A stretch of DNA of 41,840 bases from a virus (taxonomy: Duplodnaviria; Caudoviricetes), in IMG/VR virus record IMGVR_UViG_3300044820_000026, positions 1 to 41,840 of that record. One strand, written 5' to 3'. A model generated the notes under the pieces. That model was given only the letters and a program-made list of their open reading frames with translations. It did no database searches and was not told where the DNA came from. This document shows positions 18,205 to 26,224 of this stretch, in pieces. A program made the position numbers and the translations under genes. Within the stretch, counting starts at the first letter, position 1. Each line of letters starts with the position of its first letter.

Positions 18205-18435
18205 CTAAAGCTCCGTTCCGTTATATTCGATCAGGGTAAATAGCCAGCCATTGACCCTTAAGACCTCGCCATCTTCATCACAGGTCAGCACTATCACGCT
18301 GTCCATGTCGCATGTGTTTTCCACGCGCCCCTCTAGTGTGTAGTGCGCGTTATCTAGTGTTACGTGGTCACCAGGATAAAGCATATCGGGGGCACCTTGC
18401 GGTGCTCCGTTGTATGCGGCGTTATACGCTCCCAT
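18205..18435 (-). CDS. Acidic hypothetical early protein
   Basis: GGAG RBS; operon position. Confidence 0.6.
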   Translation of the reverse strand: MGAYNAAYNGAPQGAPDMLYPGDHVTLDNAHYTLEGRVENTCDMDSVIVLTCDEDGEVLRVNGWLFTLIEYNGTEL

Positions 18436-18438
18436 GCC

Positions 18439-18534
18439 CTAGCTCCCTAGGTATGTGAGAACGATTGCAGCGATGGCCAGCAGCACATAAAACACCGCTA
18501 GGCCTATGAAAAGCCGGTTAGTGTTATCGTCCAT
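18439..18534 (-). CDS. 31-aa single-TM micropeptide (not in ORF track)
   Basis: MDDNTNRLFIGLAVFYVLLAIAAIVLTYLGS; GAAAGG RBS. Confidence 0.6.
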   Translation of the reverse strand: MDDNTNRLFIGLAVFYVLLAIAAIVLTYLGS

Positions 18535-18656
18535 TAGAAAAGCCTTTCGGTTAGCATTAGAGCGTAATGCACGACGGTTAGAGCCGTTTGATATGTATCT
18601 TCCGGTGTGTTCCACGTGTAGGCGTGGTTTACGTAGTAGGTTTTTAGGGCAGTCAT
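18534..18656 (-). CDS. 40-aa early protein (not in ORF track)
   Basis: MTALKTYYVNH...ERLF*; TAATG coupling; shares ATCCCCAATG start context. Confidence 0.5.
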   Translation of the reverse strand: MTALKTYYVNHAYTWNTPEDTYQTALTVVHYALMLTERLF

Positions 18657-19748
18657 TGGGGATGGTCCTAGGTAAGTTAAAGGGTCAAATACCCTGGCTA
18701 AAACACCAGGGAAATAAAAGTTGCTCCCGTTCTAGGATACTAGGGAGCGGCGTTAAAAATTGTTGTGGTGCTAAATTGTTGTGGTTTGAATGATGCTTAG
18801 TTGCAGAGTGGCGAGGCGTTACGCTTCTTGGCGTCTCGTTGACTGCGTTTTGCGCCTATGGTGAGGCGAGGGTGATCCGCTTTGAACCGCCGCTTCATCG
18901 CTTATGGTTCGCCGCCCCTCAATTGCCATGCTATTTGCCTAGGTCTGTAAATCTCCGTGGGTTAGAGTGTAGGGCCAGTTTTCTAGGGTACTCGCTGGCC
19001 ACGAATAAGAGTTAGCGCTTTAATTGTGGCGAAAATAAGGCGTAGTGTTAGAGCGGTGTGCAATTTTTTGTTTCATAGAAGAAATAATGCGAGGAGAGCA
19101 GGTCCTAGGCCTATAGGGTCGGTAAAAATCGGTTCGCGGTAAAAATCCGTTCCTAGGGAGAGAGGGGCAAAACGTGTTTTTCTGATTTTTACATTTTTGG
19201 TGAAAGCCACATTGAAAAAGAGGTATTTTTGAACAGTGTTCAAGAATAGAAATTATATAAGAGTTTGCGAAAGGCTGTAAAAAGGAAATATTGGAATTTT
19301 GAGTTTGGAAGGGTGAGGCCTAGGGCTTTTTGGGTCGCAGGCCGTGCTGAGGCACAATAAAGAGCGACGCGTCGCGCCGTGCGGTGCACATTGCACGCTG
19401 GACCTGCTAGCGCTACCAGGGAGGGCATTTTGCTGCACTTGCGTAATGTTATGGTGCAGTGCAGCATTTCATCTCGCATCAGCGAGAGGTTCCATAACAT
19501 AACTTATGCGAACGGAACGGAGCGCGAACCGGCTAGTTGTAGCGGCTCGGTTGTGCGGCCCTACGGCGTGGTTGTGCGCGGGATGCGTGTAACACTAGAA
19601 AGAACACGCGATGGGACCCCCGACGCTCGCTGGACCCCCGGCCCCCGCCTCGCCCGGCCCATGAGCGCTAGGCCGTCCTCCCTAAATGCGCAACCCCAAA
19701 ATCCAATTCTCTGCGGTGCACACCCTATAACTCTACCTACACATTAAA

Positions 19749-19781
19749 TTACTTGACAAATTAAGTAAAATATGCGATTAC
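19749..19781 (+). promoter_or_regulatory. Putative rightward promoter with overlapping inverted repeat
   Basis: TTGACA at 19753 then GCGATTAC; TTACTTGA-caaa-TTAAGTAA imperfect palindrome over the -35. Confidence 0.5.
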
Positions 19782-19818
19782 TATACTAATCAATTCTATA
19801 TCCCTAGGTAAAATAACG

Positions 19819-20118
19819 ATGGCAATAAGAAGTTTTGGGCCGTTAGGAACTACAGCAATAGTATCCGCTGGGTCAAGCATATCAGCACTCTTAAAGGATA
19901 CTAGCGCTGACGTGCGTGTTAGAGTAATGACTGCCCCAGGCTCACCTATTGCGTTTTTTAAGTTTGGTATCGCGGGGCTTACAGCTTCTCCTACTGATAC
20001 TCCACTCCTAGGAGGCGCGATAGAGGAATTTAGAATGCGTAAGGATCAAACCTCTATAGCGTTCTATGCAGCTACTAGCACTACATTGTACGTTACATTA
20101 TCGGATGATATGATATGA
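19819..20118 (+). CDS. Putative virion structural or adaptor protein
   Basis: 99 aa, beta-rich; coupled to the fibre gene. Confidence 0.5.
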   Translation: MAIRSFGPLGTTAIVSAGSSISALLKDTSADVRVRVMTAPGSPIAFFKFGIAGLTASPTDTPLLGGAIEEFRMRKDQTSIAFYAATSTTLYVTLSDDMI

Positions 20119-20852
20119 GTTTAAGATCGCTAGCATCTGCGGCATACGCTCTAATCCTAGAGGCGGCGGCTACTCTTTCTATAGTAGATGGCACGAACGC
20201 CCAGACACTTCGCATATATGGCACGTCTTCAAGTTCTAACACCAACTTTGAACGGCTAACTATTGCTGCTGACGCTTGGACAGATCCGAATGGTATTGTG
20301 TGCCACTATATAGGGGCTGAAAGTGGAGGCACAGGAGGGGGCGGCAAGGGTATATGCCTGAGTCCTACCGCGACTAATTATGTCTATGTTAGAGGCTATG
20401 GTGTATTCATGCCAGACGGTGGCACGTTTGCATCAAATCTAATCTATACGACAGGTTGGATCAACGTAACCGCTCAGACCCCTGGCTGGGGCTTCTACAC
20501 GAACTACGCGAGCAATCTCGTCCAGTTCAAAGCAAGCGCGCTTCAGGCAACCAACGGCGCCTATTCTAGCCCGTTTGTAGTGTGGGGAATAGACACTCTA
20601 AACCAGCGCATGGGTGTTCTTAATATTTCGCCATCCTATCCGCTCGACGTGACCGGGGATGTGAATACGTCCACAAAATACCGCATCGGCGGCAACATAG
20701 TCTTGTCGGGACAGTCAACCGGATACGGAACACCAACGGGCGCGTCTAAACTAGCGAACTTCCCCGGTGCGACTGCAACTCTAGCGCAAACGTCCGCAGC
20801 ACTTGCGCAGCTTATTCTTGACCTTAAAGCTGGCCTAATGCCCGCAGCCTAG
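20115..20852 (+). CDS. Secondary fibre / receptor-binding-like protein
   Basis: Gly/Thr-rich; RMGVLNISPSYPLDVTG fibre repeat; helical trimerisation-like C-terminus. Confidence 0.55.
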   Translation: MSLRSLASAAYALILEAAATLSIVDGTNAQTLRIYGTSSSSNTNFERLTIAADAWTDPNGIVCHYIGAESGGTGGGGKGICLSPTATNYVYVRGYGVFMPDGGTFASNLIYTTGWINVTAQTPGWGFYTNYASNLVQFKASALQATNGAYSSPFVVWGIDTLNQRMGVLNISPSYPLDVTGDVNTSTKYRIGGNIVLSGQSTGYGTPTGASKLANFPGATATLAQTSAALAQLILDLKAGLMPAA

Positions 20853-20859
20853 GAGGACT

Positions 20860-21147
20860 ATGATGGCTACTACGTTTCAATTTACTGTAACGCCGGACGT
20901 AAGTTTGGGTATCGACCCTATTGCACTAACTGTTAGTCTAACGGACCCCACAGATTTTCAAGCGCTCATGGGGGCTTACACAGATTTGCTACACTTAGGC
21001 GATACACCTACGCCGACACAGATAATTACGGCTTGGGTAAGTTCTCTTATGCAGGGTACGCTTATCAATGTGCAAACTTGGGCTAAGGATAAAAAATTAG
21101 CCCAAGTAGAGGTAACCGTGCCTACGCTTACCATAACGAACAAATAG
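20860..21147 (+). CDS. Hypothetical protein (possible fibre chaperone)
   Basis: AGGAGG RBS; follows the fibre gene. Confidence 0.5.
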   Translation: MMATTFQFTVTPDVSLGIDPIALTVSLTDPTDFQALMGAYTDLLHLGDTPTPTQIITAWVSSLMQGTLINVQTWAKDKKLAQVEVTVPTLTITNK

Positions 21148-21285
21148 CCAATGCACATTTCCTCCATAAGCGCAACCCCTTACCCACACTCTACACCACA
21201 TAAATGTTGTGGATAACTATCGTCAGCCATCCGACTAAATTTCCGGCACACCTAGGGCTAAGTTATTGTAACTTCACCAAAATCG

Positions 21286-21331
21286 GGCAAGCCCAGATGG
21301 ATTCGAACCATCGACCCTCTGATTAAAAGTC
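21286..21331 (-). mobile_element. attP: 3' half of tRNA-Lys(UUU)
   Basis: Minus strand GA-CTTTTAA-TCAGA-GGGTC-GATGG-TTCGAAT-CCATC-TGGGCTT-GCC; no D-arm or 5' half; 55 bp from integrase. Confidence 0.85.
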
Positions 21332-21386
21332 GTGGCTTCGACACGGCAAAGATATAAATTAGCTCCTATGTAATAGGAGTAGTGGA

Positions 21387-22250
21387 ATGGATGTTAATAC
21401 AGCACTAGTCAAGTTCATGAAGGAATACGGATACACCTTATCTAAGAATACGCGGGCAAGCTACAACTCTCTAATACAAGTGCACATAATACCATGCCTA
21501 GGGTTGCGGCAGGTAGAGAGTATAACAAAGCAGGATATAATAAACCTGCATATAAGCATGGCGCGTAATCCTTATCAGGCAAATAGGTGTTTGGCGCTTA
21601 TATCTAAACTATACAATCACCTAGGGTTGCGTAATCCCGCTAAAGGGATAAAGCGCTATCATGAGCGCACTAGAGAAACGTACCTCACGCCGCCGCAGAT
21701 AGCTAAAGTGTTCGAGTACCTAGGCAATCATAGTTCGAGGCCATTCGTCACTACGGTAATACTGCTACTATTAACCGGGGCAAGGAAGCGGGAAATACTA
21801 AATGCGAAATGGGCGGATGTAGACTTTTCTGGAAAGCGGCTACTAGTGCCGACCTCCAAGACAGGTAAGAAATACGTAGTGCTTAATGAGGCGGCTATGG
21901 GCATATTGGAGGAAGTCTACTCGGCGGCTAACACGTATATAGTAGAGGGTGAAACCCCCGATAAGCCTAGGAACACGATTAGTAAGCAATGGCTGAAAAT
22001 GCGGAAAGACCTAGGGTTGGGGAGGGTACGGGTACACGATCTTAGGCATACGTTCGCTAGTATTATCGCTAATACTAGTGCTAATATATTCACACTAAAG
22101 GATTTGCTGCACCACGCCTCCGTAGTAACTACGCAGCGCTACGCGCACTTGTTTGACGAGACGCTAAGAGAAGCAAGTAACTCGGCGGGAAATAACTTGC
22201 TTGAGGCAGGGTTAGAGCTTATAATACGGCCTAAATCGAAAGAGGATTGA
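21387..22250 (+). CDS. int: Tyrosine integrase lacking an N-terminal arm-binding domain
   Basis: TGARKREIL, SKTG, HDLRHTFAS, LLHH, TTQRYAH; 287 aa. Confidence 0.95.
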   Translation: MDVNTALVKFMKEYGYTLSKNTRASYNSLIQVHIIPCLGLRQVESITKQDIINLHISMARNPYQANRCLALISKLYNHLGLRNPAKGIKRYHERTRETYLTPPQIAKVFEYLGNHSSRPFVTTVILLLLTGARKREILNAKWADVDFSGKRLLVPTSKTGKKYVVLNEAAMGILEEVYSAANTYIVEGETPDKPRNTISKQWLKMRKDLGLGRVRVHDLRHTFASIIANTSANIFTLKDLLHHASVVTTQRYAHLFDETLREASNSAGNNLLEAGLELIIRPKSKED

Positions 22251-22256
22251 AGTGTC

Positions 22257-22676
22257 GTGGCACGGTATCATGTGGACTTGGACGAAGCTCATGCGGCCCT
22301 GGAAGGCAGCAACGGGGCCGTCATACCGGCAGCGAAAGCGCTCGGTGTACCGCCGCACGCCCTCAAGAGCGCGATTGACGCGAACGCAGAACTGCAAGCT
22401 ATTACGCGTAACCGTCAAATCGAGATTGTAGACACTGCTGAAGAAGTAGTGTTGCTGCATATTCGTGGCGATCTTACCGTATCGGATAGCCGCGTTAATT
22501 CAGCGTGGAAAGCCCTAACCAATGGTAAGGCGGACGATTGGTCGCCTAAGTCTAAGGTAGACCTAAACGCTAGCAAGACCTTCTCGGAAATGAGCGAGAA
22601 GGAACTTGTGGACTTCTTACAGGCTAGCCCTGAGTTGGCTAAACTCGCGTCAGCGCTCGCGAAGAAAGAAGACTAA
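22257..22676 (+). CDS. terS: Terminase small subunit
   Basis: HTH-like AAKALGV; position upstream of terL. Confidence 0.65.
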   Translation: MARYHVDLDEAHAALEGSNGAVIPAAKALGVPPHALKSAIDANAELQAITRNRQIEIVDTAEEVVLLHIRGDLTVSDSRVNSAWKALTNGKADDWSPKSKVDLNASKTFSEMSEKELVDFLQASPELAKLASALAKKED

Positions 22677-22677
22677 T

Positions 22678-22833
22678 ATGATTAACTTCTACTTCGGTAT
22701 AGGGACCTCGTACATAGACGCGTACTATATCCCTTGGTATAAGTGCACACCTAGGGCTTTCGCTATGCGTAGCAGGGCGGGGAGGTACGCCTGCATTACT
22801 GGCGTAAACGATAGAATTGTGAACTACTGGTAA
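22678..22833 (+). CDS. Small hypothetical protein (51 aa)
   Basis: Fills terS-terL gap; TAATG coupling. Confidence 0.45.
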   Translation: MINFYFGIGTSYIDAYYIPWYKCTPRAFAMRSRAGRYACITGVNDRIVNYW

Positions 22834-24236
22834 TGGCTGATCTGGCGCAAGTAACCGAAGCTCTAAAGGCTTTAGAATATAAGCGGGCTACGACCCGCTT
22901 CTTGCGCTATTCGCCGTATCCTAAGCAACTAGAGTTTCACGCTCTAACGACACGGTTTAGGTTGCTCATAGCCGCTAACCAAGTGGGGAAGACGCTTAGT
23001 GCTGGTAATGAAACCGCCTATCACGCTACCGGATATTACCCCGATTGGTGGAAAGGCTACCGCTTCGAAAAGCCGACTATTGGATGGGTCGCCGGTGTAT
23101 CACTCGAAGGACTACGAGACGGCGCGCAGAACGTTCTACTTGGGCCAATCGGGCAAGAGGGTACTGGCACTATTCCGAAAGAACGTATTCTCCAAATAGC
23201 TAGGAAACAGAATGGCGCTCTTGACTTTATGCGTGTACGTTTCGGGCCTATTAATGGTAGAGCCGAAACATTTATATCTTTCAAGTCCTACGATCAGGGC
23301 CGAGAGAAGTTCCAAGCCGCTACCGTTAACTGGGTGTGGTTCGACGAAGAACCCCCCTCAGACATATATGCTGAGGGAATTACGCGTACCAATGCCACGA
23401 GGGGATTGGTTTACGTTACCTTCACACCGCTTAAAGGCGTTACCGAAGTTGTCCGACGCTTCCTCTACGAAAAGAACGCAGACCGTGGCGTAGTACAAAT
23501 GACGATTGACGACGCCCCTCATATTAGGGACGAGGACAAGGCGTCGATCATAAGCAACTATCTGCCCCATGAGGTTGAAGCTAGAACTAGAGGCGTCCCG
23601 GTATTAGGCTCCGGGCTAATTTTCCCTATAGAGCAAAATCTAATCGAAGTAGCGCCGTTTAACATTCCTTCCCACTGGCCACACCTAGGGGGATTGGACT
23701 TTGGATATGACCATCCATTCGCGGCTGTAGAGCTAGCTTATGATAAGCAAAACGACACTGTGTATTTTATTAAGGCCTTTCGTATTTCGCGCCGTACTCC
23801 TATGGACCATGTTGCGGTACTTAAGCATTGGGGGGATTTACTGTTCGCGTGGCCGCATGATGGCTTACAGCACGATAAAGGATCGGGCGAAACTCTTGCG
23901 GATCAGTACCGGAAGGAAGGCCTTAAGCTTACTCCTAAGAGAGCGCAGTTCCTAGACGGCTCCTATGGCGTAGAGGCGGGGCTATTCGAAATGCTTATGC
24001 GTATGCAATCGGGTAGGCTTAAGATATTCTCTAATCTTAGGGAAATATTTGACGAAATACAGATTTATCACCGCAACGAGGGCAAGGTCAATAAGATCAA
24101 CGACGATCTTTTGAGCGCAATGCGGTACGCGGTTATGATGCTTCGGTACGCTAAGGTGCAGGACCGTATACCCTGGCGAGATAATAGGGGACACGCTTTA
24201 ACGGTAGCGCCGGGAACAGGCGAGGTGCAGTTCTAA
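22833..24236 (+). CDS. terL: Terminase large subunit (P22-like)
   Basis: AANQVGKT, WFDEEPP, TFTP, GLDFGYDHPFA, DDLLSAMRYA. Confidence 0.95.
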   Translation: MADLAQVTEALKALEYKRATTRFLRYSPYPKQLEFHALTTRFRLLIAANQVGKTLSAGNETAYHATGYYPDWWKGYRFEKPTIGWVAGVSLEGLRDGAQNVLLGPIGQEGTGTIPKERILQIARKQNGALDFMRVRFGPINGRAETFISFKSYDQGREKFQAATVNWVWFDEEPPSDIYAEGITRTNATRGLVYVTFTPLKGVTEVVRRFLYEKNADRGVVQMTIDDAPHIRDEDKASIISNYLPHEVEARTRGVPVLGSGLIFPIEQNLIEVAPFNIPSHWPHLGGLDFGYDHPFAAVELAYDKQNDTVYFIKAFRISRRTPMDHVAVLKHWGDLLFAWPHDGLQHDKGSGETLADQYRKEGLKLTPKRAQFLDGSYGVEAGLFEMLMRMQSGRLKIFSNLREIFDEIQIYHRNEGKVNKINDDLLSAMRYAVMMLRYAKVQDRIPWRDNRGHALTVAPGTGEVQF

Positions 24237-24309
24237 TGTGGGTAGTAGTTGTAGTAGTGTTGGTATTTGGCGGGCTAATCCTCCAATGCCTATTTGGGAG
24301 ATAGACCTA

Positions 24310-24510
24310 GTGGCTAACTTATTCGGTGGCAATACTCCTCAGCCTAAAATGCCTGATCCAGTTCCTCAAATCAGTCAGGCTATGGTAGCGGCGGAGCAGT
24401 CCGATAACCTACTTAAAAAGCAACGCGGCGTAGGTACGGATATTCTTACCAGCGCTAACGGCCTATCAGACCTAGGCACTACAAAGGTAGCTAAAGCCGG
24501 TGGATACTAA
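24310..24510 (+). CDS. Small virion-associated protein upstream of portal
   Basis: GGGAG RBS before GTG; Pro-rich; ILTSANG motif. Confidence 0.6.
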   Translation: MANLFGGNTPQPKMPDPVPQISQAMVAAEQSDNLLKKQRGVGTDILTSANGLSDLGTTKVAKAGGY

Positions 24511-26224
24511 TAAAGGCATTTCTTTAGCCGATCCGTTAGCGGTTGATATTATCAAGCGTCAGGACGTGCTAGAGAAGTCGCGCGCCGTATGGGAAACCAC
24601 TTGGCGCGAAATTGCTATTCGTATAGCTCCGCAAGAGCAAGTGTTCTTTCACGGTTCGCCGGGGAACATGGGCGCGGGTATGACTATAGATCAAGCGCGC
24701 ATGACAGGTGGGATAAGACAAGACTTATTTCAATACGACGCCGCGCCTACTCAGTATTGGGAAAAGTACGGTGCGGTGCTTTCGAGCATTACTATTCCTA
24801 AAGGCTCGCGCTGGCATAACTTGCGGGCGGTTGCCCCCGAATTAGCTAGGGATATAAACGTTAAGAGGTATTGTGAGGACTTTACAGACCTCCTGTTTTC
24901 CATACGCTATAGTGGTAAGGCGGGCTTCGACAGCGCCGCATTTACCGCCTATTTATCCAATGGCCTCTACGGTCACGGCTGGATATTTATCGAGGATAGA
25001 TTAGCGGAAGGGATAGCTTATTGTCCTATCCATATGTCGCAGATTTACCCTATCGAGAACCACCTAGGGGTTATTGATCGTATCCACCGCAAATATACTC
25101 TAACGGCAGAACAGGCCTTCGAGAAGTGGCACCATACGAATAAGTTGCCCGAACAAATTCTTAAGAGTATGGAAAATGCCACGACTAAGGATAAGATATA
25201 TACTTTTATCCATGCTGTTTATCCTAATAACACTCGTGACAAGACCCGTCGTGATTATAGAGGGATGCCTTACGTTGCTCACGATATTTGTGTCGAAACT
25301 AAGACTATTCTTAGCACTGGCGGCTTTAGGGCTTTTCCGTATGCTGTTGCGCGCAGCACTACTTTGCCCCAACAGACTTACTCGCTTTCTCCTGCGTTCC
25401 TTTGTTTGGCCGACATCAAAACTCTTAATGAAATGATGAAGACGAGTGTACGCTACGCGCAGCTTACACTCGATCCACCGCTAATGCTGCGAGACGTGGA
25501 CAGCTTAGCTCCGTGGCAGACGCGCCCCGGTTTTCTAAACAAAGGCTATCTTGACGAGGACGGTAAGCCTTCAGTTGTAGGGATGAAGATAGAGGGCGAT
25601 CCTAGGTTTGCCGCCGAGATTGTTAAGGAAAAGCGGGATATTATATCCGCTAACTTCTATAACACTCTATTCGATATTCTAGTGCAATCGCCGGAAATGA
25701 CGGCTACGCAAGCCCTCATTCGTAACCAAGAGAAGGGCGCGCTACTTGCTCCTATCGGCACTAGACTAGAGAAGGAGTTCCTTAATGTTATTATATCCCG
25801 CGAGGTACAAATTTGTAAGGACGCGGGAGCGGCACCGAAACCGCCTGACGCTTTGTTGGCATACGGTGCGGGGCTTAAGATTGAGTACGATAGTCCGCTC
25901 ACTCAAGCTCAAAAATCACAGGAGGGTGCGGGTATACTCCAAACTATGCAGGCAGCGGCGCAAATGGCCGAGTTTGATCCGAACGTACGCTTCCGTCTTA
26001 ATTGGGACCAAGCGTTACAGACCTTAGCTACTATATACTCTTGCCCCGCTAGTGTTGTTCGGAGTGATGATGAATATCAGGCTGCGGTACAGGCTCAACA
26101 GCAGGCGGAACAGGCCGCACAAGCCGCGCAACAAATGCTCCCGGCTTCTCAGGCGGTTAAAAATATTGGGCAAGCGCAAGCGGGCATGTCCCGTAACCAG
26201 CCTAACGCGGGGCAGCAACTCTAA
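24500..26224 (+). CDS. Portal / head-tail connector (T7 gp8-like)
   Basis: 574 aa; YSLSPA, EMTATQAL, IEYDSPL, Gln-rich tail. Confidence 0.9.
   Translation: MDTNKGISLADPLAVDIIKRQDVLEKSRAVWETTWREIAIRIAPQEQVFFHGSPGNMGAGMTIDQARMTGGIRQDLFQYDAAPTQYWEKYGAVLSSITIPKGSRWHNLRAVAPELARDINVKRYCEDFTDLLFSIRYSGKAGFDSAAFTAYLSNGLYGHGWIFIEDRLAEGIAYCPIHMSQIYPIENHLGVIDRIHRKYTLTAEQAFEKWHHTNKLPEQILKSMENATTKDKIYTFIHAVYPNNTRDKTRRDYRGMPYVAHDICVETKTILSTGGFRAFPYAVARSTTLPQQTYSLSPAFLCLADIKTLNEMMKTSVRYAQLTLDPPLMLRDVDSLAPWQTRPGFLNKGYLDEDGKPSVVGMKIEGDPRFAAEIVKEKRDIISANFYNTLFDILVQSPEMTATQALIRNQEKGALLAPIGTRLEKEFLNVIISREVQICKDAGAAPKPPDALLAYGAGLKIEYDSPLTQAQKSQEGAGILQTMQAAAQMAEFDPNVRFRLNWDQALQTLATIYSCPASVVRSDDEYQAAVQAQQQAEQAAQAAQQMLPASQAVKNIGQAQAGMSRNQPNAGQQL

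Noticed and set aside
21286-21360. Complete tRNA-Lys gene
   Set aside because: No D-arm or 5' acceptor strand; anticodon stem pairs for only 2 bp
15562-22250. Bona fide integron (IntI plus attC)
   Set aside because: Integrase shows no IntI-specific insertion and has a tRNA attP; repeats are shorter than attC and lack L-box extrahelical bases. Kept only as an analogy
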